A stretch of 64,000 nucleotides of DNA from Styela clava. Lineage: Eukaryota. Positions 1-15,300 of the stretch are shown one piece after another. The position numbers were made by a program, and so were the translations under genes. The DNA is taken from contig NC_135253.1 of NCBI RefSeq assembly GCF_964204865.1, positions 1,426,001 through 1,490,000 on the forward strand, given 5' to 3'. The notes under the pieces are model-generated. The model had not been told where the DNA came from. It made no database searches and saw only the letters and a program-made list of their open reading frames with translations. The first letter of the stretch is position 1, and each line of letters begins with the position of its first letter.

Positions 1-3000
1 GCAGGATTTAAGATCCATTCAGTTTGCTTTTTGCCAATTTCTGATGGATGGATGAAACAACGAAACCAGGAAATTGCGTATTCACTTGTTGCTGAAAATG
101 ATGTCATATTGCCCTGAAGCCATTATGGGTGATACAACTTCACGCGCAAGTCCTGCTTACTTTCAATACGTAGCCTAAAGCAATTAAGGATATAAACCTG
201 GTGACTTGTTATCTTTGATGATACGTTAGTTTTATAAAAAAAGGGGTGTGTGGACTTGAGCAACAGAACGTGAAAGTGATTAATTTCAGGTCATTTAGGT
301 TTTGTATTCATTTTCTGCAGCGATCGATTTTATAGCGATAGCAAGGAGTTTCACAATAAGTCAGACAAAGTCAGTAGCTCAGCAAATCGGATGCGAACTG
401 TTTTCTTTCCTGTTTTGTACAATTGTTCAAACAAAAATTAAACTTGTACTTAATCTCAGATCACAAATTAATAACAACCGTAACTACATAAACTAGAAGT
501 CGAAATCCAGGTGTATCAGAATACCGTTACCGGGGGAGGCCAGGGTTACTGGCGAATATGCCATTTTTCTAAAAATACCAGTACGTGAAACAAATGGAGA
601 GGAAACCATTATTCATCTTTGCAATTTTTACAATTTTTCCCATGAAGTTGTTAGCGGTCTTTATTGACAAGACCATCATACGTAATTTTCGTGTTAGAGC
701 AATGGTTGCAATCTTCAAATTTTGCTCAGGTTATTCCCAATACTTTCAATCTGGAAACGAGGATAAGTTTTGATTGCCTTGCTAAACTATCGTCAAGAAC
801 CCTTGCTTTCGATGGAAGTGCACTTCGGTGTAAAACTCAAGAACAGAGCTAAAGAAAGTTCCAACACTGAATAAAACAGCTAGAATGGCGATGAAATGAA
901 AAAATTTGAGAATGGCCAAAAGGGGATGATATCATAATATGTAGAAATATATATTAGACTGTCCGTCTGTAATGTTTGACGTTTGTCGCATGTTGATATT
1001 GAGATGTGCGTCATTTCAAAGTTGAGGTTCGGATTTGGGTTGTGAATCAACTATTTGGCAAATCATTTGAATGCATAACCAAACTTTGTATTGTACCATT
1101 TGGCCTTAGTTATTTCAAAGTTAATTATGTAAATTAGCCGATTAATCTTCACAAAAGATGTTTATTTCTCCATTTTTGTCCTGGGGCTATCATACGGAGA
1201 AAAATCAACATAGCTATTGTATATTTATGATTATTATGAGTGATAAAACTGCCATGCTTTTTTATTTTCAACGACTAATATTAAATCTCTATTCAATATA
1301 ATTAAAAATATATTTCACCTGTCATTGTTTTGATGGAACTTGAGAGAAATGCACTCACAGTATCCAGCATAACAGTATAAAAATGTTCTGATCCACTTTT
1401 ATGAAAAATTCATTTCATCCCAGTTGTATGACCAGTTTTCTGTAAATTTTTCGGTAGAACATATGCGCCGAAATGATCTATATTTAATAAGTTGTCTAAT
1501 TAGCTGGTAGTTTAGTTAAAAATGCGTCCTTGGTGCCCTAACAATCGAAATTACGATGGAATATAATCCTATTAGCGTCATATCTGACCAAATTGTTATT
1601 TAGGTAGTAAGTCTTGTTGACATTGTCTTGTAGCATAAAATGGAGGTCTCCTATCGCTCGTCCATTTATACGACAATGGCAGCACGCCTTTGCGAATATT
1701 CTCACCAGTAATTCGAAATATAATGTGGGCGCTAACTCATGCTTTGGGAGACAAACAGTTTTACGGATTATCGATAATCCGTTCTTGTTTGCCATGAACT
1801 TGTTTTTCTGAACTTTCCATGTTAATTTAATTTAAAAATTATGACCAGCGACATTACTCGGTCACGATGGTCGGATGTTGCTTGTTTGTACAAAAAATTA
1901 TGAAGGATTTCTTTTTGTTTACTATTTGCCAACCTTGATCATCATTGGTCCAATTGTGCAACGAAAATATTGTTGGTTTTATTGTGACACGATTGTTGTC
2001 CTATCTGGCGAATCGTATTTCATTCTCTCGCCTGATTTATAAAAGAACTCGCTCGTACACATTCTATCGTATTGTAAGCAGGTGCTCGCATGGCCGTGAA
2101 AGTGTTGTTAGTATACGATATATCTCGCTCGCACTTGAACACCAACTACGAGGTTATTCTATACCGAAAATGACGTGTTGGAGATTGGGCTTCGTTGGTA
2201 TATACTATCAATATTCAATAGCTCATACTTAGTTTTGAGATACTTTTTTTGTATGAGTGGATTTTCCAAGTAGAAATTATCCCTGAGCGAAGCATTGTCA
2301 TTGGTCATCTAGGTCCTAGGAATCGATAGCCATCATTATTGTAACACATAGTTGTATGGTCCTTGACCTCAAATAAGTAGGAATTTAAACAGATTAAATA
2401 CTTCAATCGTATTCGATTGTACCTAACGTTAGAACAGCATGGATTTTATTGGACAATTATACATGTATTTTGCTTTGTGCATATTGCATATTGTGGTGTC
2501 GCGGCACACTGACACATCAGTTCAAACGCGACAACTAGGTGAACCGTGGAAGCAAATTTATTTTGCAAAACCTATCTGCTAGAATTTCGCTCAATCTTAC
2601 CCGAGTTGTGGCGACAATCACTTGATTCGGTACAATTAATATTGTAACCACGCATTTTACCATTTTCAGAAATTTATAAATTTTCAGAGTAGTGTTGTAG
2701 GCTATAACAAGCGAAGACGGCCGTGCTGGTGATAAAATCATCTTTTACATCCGAGTTGATAATTTTCTTCTCGGAACCTCTGCTAATTTCACTTCGACCG
2801 GTAAGTAGGCTTGTATTAAAAAAAAAACAAAAAAAACGTGTGCTTGATGAAAACTGATGTATGCATTGTGGTCGATTACAATCCTTTCTATAAGTAGATC
2901 TTCTTTTTTTGGCTGGGTTTGGGCAAATTTAATACGTTTTCATATTCTCTTCATCTGCCCTTCTACTTTGATATCATTTGCTCACATAATTCATATCGAT

Positions 3001-3373
3001 GTAAATTTGATATTTTACTCTGCGATAATTCAAGCATAATCATCCATTTTAACTTTAACCGAGCTTTGTCGATTATTTCCAATGTAAGACATTCCTGTGG
3101 CTATTGTATGGCGAAATTTCATCTAAAAGCGAATAGCAACAAAAATGCACGGATTAGCGAACCGTGAAACTTCACATTTAGCGAATCAACTGATAAGACT
3201 GATATTTGTGTCGACCCAACGCATTCAATAATTTTCATTTTTCATCAGTTCTGTAGGTTTATGCCTTTGATTCGGAATACGCAAGCTTCAAACCGTTCTG
3301 CGTTCAAGACAAGAAAAAAGAAGTATAACTGCGTCGATCTGACATAAATTCTGGTTGAACTGAACTGAACAAA

Positions 3374-6300
3374 ATGTCACTTCAAACCAAAGGCGGTGGT
3401 GAAACACCCGAAGCTGAAGGTTTGAATAATAATTTGATCCTTTTTATAAGCAATATACGAGCTTTCTAAAAATAATCTTCGATTAATCACACTTTCTTTT
3501 TGATTAGATCGACCCAAGATGCACTCAGGCAATTTACCAAATGGCATGCACGATAACTTAAATTATGGTCGAATCTACATTTCGTTTCAAGACTTATAAA
3601 AACTATCTAGAAGCGGGAAATGGGTATCCCATCTGTAAACAATGGGCCAAATAACAAGACTCTAATTTTCAACAGGAACGGACTTTACCTACGTAAATCC
3701 ATCGTTCGATCAACCGAATGAAAATGATGGCGAGACTACAATCTTTGGTCGAGATGGAGCTGTCACTGTGACTGAGAGCCCGCCCATCACCCGTAATACA
3801 AATGGGATCGTGGCTTATAGAGGACAGCCACCACCAAGAGAAAGGTACGACTCAATTAGTTTAATGGCACCAATTGGAGATGAATCTTTGTCAGCGCATC
3901 GCAGAATATTAGAAATCATTCGTAAAACACTACATTAGCGGCTCGGTTACCTCGGTTCGCATGTGGGCAAGCCCCTATTATCACCAAGTATATTCATGTA
4001 TTTACAGATGTCGAACAATAAGCGAGAATGTAGATGCTTTTTCCGATATTACTGCGGACGATGAAGAAGAATTGTCCCCTAAGCCGACTCGCGCTGCAGC
4101 TATGCTGGAACACCTACCACGCTATTCTCAACTGGCGAATAACAACCATGCGAGACGTGGAACAGGAGGAAGACGAGGGTCGACATGGAGCATCGGTAAG
4201 CAAAAGTATTTACAATGATTTTATAGTGGAATTCACTGACTTTTCCGTGAATAGATGAATCACTGAAGAGTGACACACATTGGTTATATCATGTTCAAGT
4301 AATTTAGTGTTTATTATTCAATCGATTGATAATACGTTATGTTTGAATGAACAAGACATTATGTTATTTACTGAACATATATTCAGAAATCCATTATCAT
4401 TTTCTTAATTTGTTTTCAGTGAATCCCACAAGCTTATATAAATATTTCATATTAATATATTAATGAACATCCCCGTTGAATCAACCATTGGAATCGTTTT
4501 TCATATATATTACCTAATCCCTCATCTGATAATCAAATGGGGAATGAGAACTATACTTCAGAAATGTGGCAACCATATACCTTTTATTGTTTATGTAACT
4601 TTTATTCAATCGCTAATTCCTAGTTAAACTTCAATCAAAATGATGACGCAATAAAACTGGTGTCATCATATGTGCACATCATGACTGGTATTCTGGTAGG
4701 GACTTCCGGTATACGCTTTTACAAAAATTAATAAAACACATATTATTTAGGTGTTATTAAATTAATCTAGTAAGTAGTAAACTAGTGAATCTAGTACCTA
4801 TGGATTAACTCTGGACCAATGCCTAGTGCTCGAATAAATTTGTTCATACTTAGTATTGCCAATATTAATGAATTTCAGTCATGTCATCAACTACAGACAT
4901 TGCCATATGGTGGTAAATTTAATGGATTTTTAGCAGGGTGTATATGGGGACGCGAGAGTTATCACGTTCCGTTTGCAACTGTCATTAGAAACTATAGTTT
5001 AACATTTTAGTTGCTAATTCATCATTGCAGCTTTTAAATGGATCAGACAATTTTAAAAGTAGAACGAAATAGTAGTCTTAGTTAAAATTTGTACATCGGT
5101 AGAATAGATTAAAACTATAAAGCAAGTTTGTCGGACTAAACAAACTCAAGTTCACACCCGAGTAGTGTAGTTTTGACGGAAATGAAACATTTGAGTAAAA
5201 AGAACGAAAAACTGTAGTGATATTATCATCAGTTGTGTTTAAATATACAGTATTGTATAAAATCAGTTTAATATTATGCAAAAAATCCAAAAGCGAGCAA
5301 TTAGAAATCTTAATTTATAGTATAATCTTAATTAATAAAAACGTGCTATTGTTATCATCTGGATATTTGGGCCGTATGTACTATTCGCTTAGCTAATTCA
5401 ACGATATGCTATATAACCCTCTACATACAACAAACATTGAGCCTGTATGTATATATTTATTAAAAATCGCTCTTTAAATGTTGCTCGACAAATACATAAA
5501 TTCAAATTTGTTGTTGCTTCTATTATGTTTCGAATAACTCGCAACAATGTGTCAGACGCAGCTATACTTGATCATGATTGCTGAATATTATACCAATCAA
5601 CTGCCAAGATTACCGTTAATACGCGTTTCTTTAGGATTAGGTGTAATCTTTTCGAAACAATTTCTCTTAAAACTTCGCTTACTTCTTTATACATATTTCA
5701 TAAACAGTACACATTGAGAGGATTTGTATATTACATACTATTCAATGTCATTTGATCTCCATTTACATATTTTTATTGCGAAAACTTTCTCGGTCAGGAT
5801 ATTATGTTGTGTGTGTACAGGATGTATGACATTACATAACTGCAATCATACTTAGAGTAAAACTTAGAGTAAGTTAGAGTAAAACAGGTGCAAGAAAGTA
5901 GAGAATTTTGTGCTTGCAAGGTTCTACTGTATATTTTTCAATTTGCATACTATCCTTACAAGCAATACAGTGAGCATCATGTTGAATCGCTCATTTAAAT
6001 GTCAATTTATTTCCCGAGATGATGGCATGTCAATTAAAAATAAACGTGTCGTCAATCAATCAACGCGTCCTGAGAAAAAGGTTTCTTTCACCCTTGCTCA
6101 AGAGATGGCAAATAGCCAGCGTTAATTGATGTAAACAAAGGTTACATTTGTAAACAAGGAAGCCAGTAGAAAGCGTTTCGCAGTTTAAGAATTATCTCCG
6201 TTGTTTGTGTTTTGGAGTTAAAAAGAATAATGAAGCAGCATGTCAGTGTTAATATGCAGCGTCAATATCGGTGCAGAGAAAAAGGTAACTTAAATTTGGT

Positions 6301-9300
6301 AATATAAGAATTTCTTGCTTTCATTCATCCTATCGCCGAACGCAGATGATCTTGTGTGAAATTAATTAAGTCAAGAATGAATAAGATTATGGATCGTGTA
6401 TATGGAGATTAATCTTTATAACTTATTTCAGTACTACAAAAGAGACAGTTAAACTCATTTTTTTTCATTGGTGCAATCGAATTCACGATTTTATTCCGGG
6501 TGAGGTAAATCAATTATATAAGACCCAGTGGCATCGTTATTTAGTTTTATTAGTTTCACGGATCGGTTCGCAGTAAAAATCTGTGTTATTGATTCATCGC
6601 TGCTTGATTTGTTTTTATTCACAAAAGCTAAATTTGGACATGATGTCAAAGAAATAAAACTATTGCGTGATTTCCACCTACTTAGCGAACCATCTAAATA
6701 GACGCGAAAATGAGCCCAGAAACACAACAAACAACTTGAAGCTACCGACTTTCGCCGAGCAACCGCGACGTTTCCGAAACTACGAAAATCTCGTTTACTG
6801 AAATTAATCACATGTTCCATACATTCCAATAATTTATTCATTATATTATATGAAATATGGGACTTACGCGCTCAATACGCGTGACCTCGTGTTTAATGTA
6901 AACTCAACCATATTTAGGAAATTTACTCATGTTTACACAAAAAGGGTTTTAGCATTTCAGAAGCGGAATAAATTTTCTGAAAATTGTATCAAATAGTTTG
7001 TAAGATTAACTGTTTCCAAAATAAAAATACGTGTCATGTATTCATTCGTCTGTATTCATTTATAAGTTTTATTTTGCGGACATATTTAGTCATGATAATT
7101 GGAGGCAGAAACCGTATTCTACATGTCGATTTGATGTTGTCCTTGTACTCCGCACGCCACACAATTTAACTTCAAATAATACTTTTGTTAATTTCGTACA
7201 TATGCTATTAGGCCACCTAATCTTAGAGTACGTAATAATTATAGCGATAAACCGATAATTTCGAACCAAACAAAAATTTGCTTCACACTCAGTTTTATAT
7301 TTATTGATTATGACTGATACAATGTGCTCAATTTTCATATTAAAATGCGTTTCCCATTTATATTTTGAATATTGCATTGCATTCGTATATGGAGACGTGC
7401 TTTATACTGGCAGCAATCATATTTCTGGTGTGCTGTCATAAAATGATTATAAATTTCGATGTTGATCGAAAATCAGAATGTTTTATCGCCAATGTCAAGT
7501 GCAATATTTTCACGATAAGGGGATATTTATAGTCGCAGCAGAATGTGGGCAATCAATCGAGACTTGAAGTCGAGACAGATAAATGCGACAAGGTCAAATA
7601 TGTTTGTCAATATTTGCGCAAAATAATAAAATATGACAGGAGCATAGTAGCATCTCACGTATATAACCTTGATTAGCAAACTAATGTCGATTTGTTGTTT
7701 GCAAGTCCTGCATAATGCATAATTTGCTGGCTGCTATTTTGTTTGTCTGGTTCGCTGATTGCAACAAAGTTTGCTATTAACACATACACCACGCTATAAA
7801 TTATGTAGGTCGTGTGCCAACAGACATTTGTGGTCACAAATGCTTCTTACCCAAATGACACCAAATATTGATACATGTATTGAAGAAACTTGTTAAATCA
7901 TAAATTAAATTGACGCTGATAGTGACCTTTATTCGAATTTTTCCGAGACCACCCGCCATTTTGATTTACCTAAAATATCGATAGAAAGAAAGGATAGATT
8001 TGCAGCCATATTTTACATCATCGAAAACGTTTGATGCGTTTAAAAAGACGCCAAAACACTATTTAAAACTGTTTACACGGGAATTCCAAACTTCGAATAC
8101 TCCATGCTAAATATCGATTTTTGTATATTTGCTGCATATCGAAAATTAATGGATGAATCCACATATTTGGAATCTACATACATTATAAGCTTTTTGTCAC
8201 ACCAATCCGCCATTCATGCGATATGATGCGATTCTAATGTGATTTTGTTTCATTTCAGATTATGACGAAGAAGACGCTCATCGAGAACTTATTTTGAAGA
8301 TACGCAAAGTAAGTTAACGGATTACTTCCAGATTTTAGCTATATGAGTGCTGCATTAGTACTCGAAGCAAGTAGTTTGTGAAGAAAATATCAATGAACAT
8401 AACAAGTCCCTTCATTAAATCCATAAAGTATATCAAAGTTTATCAATTGAATATGTTGCTTTACCATCTAATTTTCAAAGCAATAGAAATTTAAATTCAT
8501 ATCCTAATCGATTACGGATGTTCTTTGCAATTTGTTATTTAAGTGATGTTCATTGTTGGTGAGAAATCGTAGTACTGCTAACTACTTGTCTTCAGTTTGC
8601 CTTCATCTACGTCATCTCAGATCTATGCTAAATCGAACATGAACAATTTTAAACAGTGTTTTTAGTTAATTAGTATTGAAATTATATTATTGGTATCGTA
8701 TTTTTAAATCCAAATAGCAAGCGATCATATTTAAATTAAAAAATTAAAAAAAGGATATATAATGAAACGAAACAAAAATTGATTTTAATAGTTTGGAATG
8801 ACCGAAATCACACCAAATTTGAATTAATCTGGGTATGTCTGTTGATTGGTGGAGACCTTATAGTGAACTTCAATGCTTGAAATTTGAAAATCAATAACTT
8901 GGCATCGTGATGTGTCGCGAATTCAATCATATAAATTGATATTACCTAATGAATGCTTGGACTTGTCTGTATGCAAAACTTTCATTATTCTGTATTTAGA
9001 ATCTACCACTAAAAGATTTTACGGAAGAGATCAGAGCAAATAAGGACTTGGCAAAGTTTCTGGTTCAGCCCGTGGTATTATTGGATCTTCCGGACACAAG
9101 TAAATTATATTTTAAGATCAAAATATAGCTTATACTTAAGTTGGCCTCTGGCTCAAATTCAACGCTGTGCTCGGCCTGGTCCTTAGTTTTAAATTATGCC
9201 GCGCAGTTTTGTGCTGTAGTGATTTCCGAAAAAAATATTCATTCGATTATTTCTGCATAAGTGCCTGCCATCAATATACTTGGTGAAGGAAAATATACAA

Positions 9301-12300
9301 TTTTTTTTTTTCTGTTCACATTTTCTGTTATCAACATTACTGACCCAAAAGTAGTCGCGAATTGTTCATTTCATGTACTTGTATATGGAGAAACAATGTC
9401 ACGCGACAAAGAATAATTCAAAGTATTTTCTTTCTGCTTATGTTACTATGATGCCCAACTTGTTACTATATATTTGTATTCTCTTTCGTAGAAGACAAAT
9501 CCGATGTATCATTCGGTACGTGCTGCACCGCGGTGTAAGTGTGCATGGTAGAGTTGAAAAATATAGTTTTTCCAGGTGATCGTTTCTGTTTACAAGTAGA
9601 CAACCTTGTATAAGGACGTTTATGTGTGCAATATCTTTGCCATATAATTTACCCTTATTTATTCGTGTTTCTTTATTGCCACGAATATCAAACCACTTGA
9701 GGTTTGTTCGGAGTGGCTACATTAGATTACAACCGATGGTTGTCAAACGTCTAGTCCTCTTTAAATTTTTCAAACTTAATTTTGAAAAAAGGCGAGTTAC
9801 GCTTTGGCGTTTCATGCTTCGGCATATTTGCCGAATCTCAGTTGTCTACTACATGATAACTTTCTTTCCATAGCATCTTGATTAGCACACTCCACTTTTT
9901 AAACAATGAACAGTAGTTTCTTCACTTTTTCCCAAATATAACAATCCGGTTTTCGCATGACTTTGTTACCTTCATTCACGCTGATGAAGATATCAAAAAA
10001 CTCTACATATATTGGATTAATAGAATAAATAAACAGTAATCATCCATCATCATCATCGCAAAATCTTTAGCTGTATAACCGCAAGTCAAATTTCCAGTTG
10101 ATAGGAATTAAACGCTGTTCAAACATCATGAAATTTAATACTCCAAAGTTTATAATCTTCTTTTTTAAACACATTTTTATAGAAGCTTTCACTTCATTCA
10201 TTTGCATTTTTTTTTTCACTTTGCATTTTGCCGGGGGTTTCAGATTTTACATGGCATGTTGTGAGAACTATCATGCACGTCTCATCTCGCCGTTATAGTA
10301 ATACATACTTATGTTAACTATTCTATTTGTTCTGTCATTGTTTGCAAAATTCAACTGATTCGAGTTTCTGCATGCATAACTTATCTTGGTTCTCAACTCG
10401 TTTTTAGGATGAAATGTCTTAGAACAGCATATCTAATATTGATAATTAAACTATTGCACCGTGTGCCTTAAAATTCGCTCCTATGCTCCCATTTCAACAA
10501 AAACTGTTTGACTTAATGGAGTTTCATTTTCCAACAGGCCTGGAAACTATCATCGAGAAATTGATGGAAAAATTGCAGAAAGATTTGGATTTGGACGAAA
10601 AAATAACTGGAAAGGCAGGGAAAGCTTTTTTCACCAACCATCAACCTGGAAACGAATCATGTGAGACTTTTAAAAACTTCCTTTTTAATTATCGGTACCA
10701 ATATTGTAATTAAAAGTGTAATCGGAATAACTTGTATTTGATGATGACGGGACAGACGCAACATGATATCGAATTTATAGCAAGTTTTGTGAACTGATAA
10801 TGCTATTTTGATCAACAATCTTTACCATTTTAGTGGCATCTGTGGATCAACTTCGTGAAACAATTCAGGGGGTAAAGTACGTTCGAGACGGTACAATATA
10901 CGAAGAAACTTGGATAACCGCTTTGTAAGTAATGATTATTTAATTACAATCCAGTGTAATTCAAGTTAGTTTTCTATTCTTTCCATTGGCAAATATCTTT
11001 TTTGTACACAGATGCGTCTTGCCTATGATCAAACGAAGTCACGTTGCAATAGCCAGATTGCGTCATCCATTGAACTTGGGAAACAAATGTGAAGAAGTTT
11101 CATTCGTGATTGCTGTGGTGGCGCCGAAAAAGGAGGTAATTTATGTTCTAAAATATATATTTTATCCTGCAGGTGGAGTGCATTCATTTCTCACTTATAA
11201 TGCTAAGCCAGTGGTTTCCTCCATGTTGTGCAGATTTATTCCCACCTTTTTGGGTGTATTTACTGGTATTTTCACGATATCAAGCTATGTCTCGTTATCG
11301 AAAGATTTTATTGTGTCATGTAGCCACAAAACTTAACTGTTTACAGATTACATTAGTTGTTTACGGTTTAAAATTCAACAAACATGAAGACAATTGGTCC
11401 GTAAACATACTTGCATTTTATATGACGTATTCTATGGACTTGTTTGCTTGTATATCATGCCACAAAATTATAGAATAAAATGGAATTAGGATATTTGATA
11501 TATTACTTCAATATTGCTATTGTGATATGTCAAATATGTTTATGATATTTGGTCAAAATTTTAGCATACCAAATGTTCTATAAGATTAGTCCAATTATAA
11601 TGTTTCATAGTGTTGGCAGATTTCTTTATTACATTTAGTCTCTTATTGACCATTCACTTATGTTTTATTAGCAAATATATTTCCTACACGAAATAAAAAG
11701 CGAGAGTTTCTATCTTATCATATTAGTTTTTATGGAAACTGCAGGGAATATATTATACTACCTTGCACTGGTTATCGCTAGCAGGCATGTCTCTTGTCTG
11801 CATCGATTCAAAAATTCACTTTTTATTACTCGCCCCTTGTCGATCGATCTTTGCATTGCTTGCATCTATGCGATTATAGTGCAACAAACACATAATGACC
11901 TGTGGTATCATGAGTACCTTGCATGTATATGGGCCAATATCGCAAAAATATACAACGGTTTTGCGTGGCGTAAACTTGATTGTTTGAATATGAATGAACA
12001 TGTTAACTTTCGCCACAGTTTACAAAATAATAAAATTTAATGATCAGGTGAGGTAATGTTCTACAGCGTGTTTAACACTACTGCTGTGAACAAACTTGTA
12101 CACAAGCAGTCATCTTAATCAGTTTGGGATTCGCATTGTGTGCACAGACGGGAAAAGAATCCGATTATCATAAGCTTTGGCACAAAACTAACTAACACAG
12201 TTGGCACAGCTAAAATCCCTAGCCGATCGCGCCTATGCACCGATGGTATTATAGACAAGCGTTTAATATACTTATTAACGCGTGTTGCAAAGTTATTTAT

Positions 12301-15300
12301 CCAAGTGCATCAATATTTAAACTTCTAGTTTAAATTCTTTGATGCGCATGTTCAGATGAGTTGTTGAATGGAGAAAAACAAAACGTGTGACCTTGAATCC
12401 GTCTTGCGTAAACAACCTTACGTAACTATTGACGCAATATGTGCACATAATCAACGGTATATTTTGACAGGATTGATGACCTAACAAATGGAATGTTCCA
12501 GAAAAATATTTTTATGAGTCAGTTTGTTTTGACGTTGCTTGATGATAAATATTTAAACAATATCAAAGGCGTCATATCCAAATATTTTTAATGACTTTCA
12601 GCAATTAATAATGTTTGTCAATTTTTAATGGAGTCTCTGATTGTCGGGTGATATGATAATTGTCATTGCCGACGTGCAATTATCCAACACTCGCTTATGG
12701 CTGTACTCGTGTGAATTATGGCCTTCAGCACAACGCCAGAAAATACTGGATGTTTTTATTTTGATGAAGTTGAATTACTAAAGAGATCCGTGCATTATTT
12801 TCGACTTGTTCAAATTTTTTTTCGTTGCAGAAATTCACTAAAAATGCCGTGGAAGTCGGTCGTACGTTCTCTTCTCTCATGAGCAACATTTACTTCCGGA
12901 AAAGTTTGAGCGACGCATCCTCCGAGGAAGAGTTTAAACAAGTTTTGAAACAGCAGAGTGAGAATCATATTCGAGATGTCAGGAAATCTCTCTCGGAAAC
13001 TTTCATCGAAGAGGAAGAAGAGTCTTTCGAGAATATGGGGGTTTGTTGTTTATTGAATAACAATGGTCTGTAAGACACTTAGGATTGTAACACTTAACTA
13101 TCGTTTTGGATTTTACTTAACAAGATGCTTCATTACTTTTTCAATAACGTTTAATTTAGTGAAATAGTTCCGAGAACACGAAAAGGTGTTATCTTTGCCA
13201 CCATAATTTGTTACTTTAGTTAAACTTCGTTACAGAACTACTAAAACTTGTTCTTCTCTATCAATGGCCAACTTTGTACATACATTGTAACGAATATAAA
13301 ATCTAATTTTAATACCTCTTATTACACCTCTTATCTTTGTTTTGTAAACGAAGCGTTTATGCGATAACATTTGCGTGCTTAATTTTAGCCAGATAAAAAA
13401 GGATTTTCTTAGAATTTGACTTCTCTACATTATTTGCTGTCAGTCTACCGTGTTCATGATTGATTTTCAGCAACTTGTGTTTTCATATTCTCTTATAAGT
13501 AAATGTTATTTGCTGGACTTTAAATGCCATTATTTTAGCAAAATCTGCCTACAGCTATGCCAAAATGAAGTGATGGAAAAGTTTTAGTTTTCTGCAGCGT
13601 GGTCAACTGAGAGACACCAAATTTCGACAAGCAGGGATTTGCTTTTCGTTTGTCTGGCAATTTTCTGTGTTTCAAATTCACTAGCAAAGTTTTAGTGGTT
13701 TCGCATGAAATTGATTCAATAGTTCTTGATTAATATGCCCTTAATACATTTTTTTTTGTCATTTTCAGGAATATCCGTTCTACCACTTTGGTCGGGGTGT
13801 ACTTGATGATCTCAAACGACGGTTGCCATATTATCCTTCTGATTTTATTGATGGTATGTTCCGGTTATTGTCATTTAGGCACAATCAAATTATTTGAAAG
13901 TTTAAAAGTAATGATTTAGCAGAAACGTTTTGGGAACTTTATACGGGAAGAAGTCATGCTTGTTATGAAAACCCTCTGTTGATTCATCAAACAATTTATT
14001 AGAAAAATGACCAATGCTAAAAATGTAGAAAATACTTCAAGCAAGTAGTTCTCATATTTATCTGCAATTTACATCGTTTTAGGAATTGTTGGGAAATATA
14101 CCCTGCGAAAAGTGATTGCAACAACTCTGTTTTTGTACTTTGCGTGCTTATTGCCTGACATTGCATTTGGAACAGTGTATGAGGAAAATACGAAAGGCAA
14201 AATAGGTAAAAACTAGTAATAATATCAACAGTTATAGAACTTCTTAATAGTTGCAAACATAGTGGTCAAATTCTTAGCGTCATGGCCTGGCCATTTTGAT
14301 GTCTTACATCAGTGGTTCCCAAATTAGTGGGTCGCGGCCCCGAGTGGGGTCGCGTGAAGATTTTCCGGGGTCGCCTTATTTCTGTCAAACATGCACACAC
14401 ATGTGACTAGGATTTGAAAGTTGGAAAGTGAAATTTGTTCTGGTCGGCGGGTACCGAAAAATGACAAAATGTCACTATTTTCAGCAATAACTCGACCATC
14501 TATTGTCCAAACGGCGCCAATATTCACGTGGAAGGCTACTTAAACTTTCCAGCTGGTCGGCAGGTACCGGTATTAGTAAATGCAATTGAGTGACAGTGTT
14601 ACGAGCGCCAATAATATTTCTCTTTAATCGATTTTTGATCATGTTACATCCGAACGAGTAATGAACCTTAGTCCCTATTTTTCATTCGTGAGTAACTGGA
14701 GGCTGAACCAGTGTCCCACCCGCTGCTACGCGAACCGGTTTTTTTGCCAGTCTGCGAGAAATTATGTTGTTTGTTATTTTGTACCAGTTTTACCGCTTGA
14801 TTGTCAGGTATACAAAGCAAATTTGCTTTATTTGGCGATTGGCCCTCAATTAAGTGTTTGACACAAGTATGGCGTTGATTGCCAGGCGGTGTCTTGGCGG
14901 AAAAATCATCACACTTTAGATTTCGATCAGTTGCAATAGCGCTTTGGTAAATTGCGCACGTGTCTAAAATCTACCAGTAGGCTACGTGTTTTTGTTCACA
15001 TCGCCTCATTGCAATATTACGTAATTAGACGTTTCATGCATAATTTCGAAGCGTTTTGAACAGTGAAACACAAAACCACAACCACAAGTCCTAACATAAT
15101 AAAAGACACTTAAATGATGTGATTCCGTACACGTTTTTTCTTATACAGGTACATTGTTTTCATTGAGATACTCAAACTAATATACTGATTTTTTTGAAGT
15201 TGCGCACTCTTTCTAGTTGTGGGATCACGAGTATCCGTGGGCTTTGATCTTATGAAAATTGAGGTCGCGAAAAAAAAAGTTTGGGAACAACCGTCTCACG

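Noticed and set aside
1-2700. Short ORFs upstream of SLC4A11
   Set aside because: No recognisable motifs or consistent exon chain; treated as intergenic or regulatory DNA.
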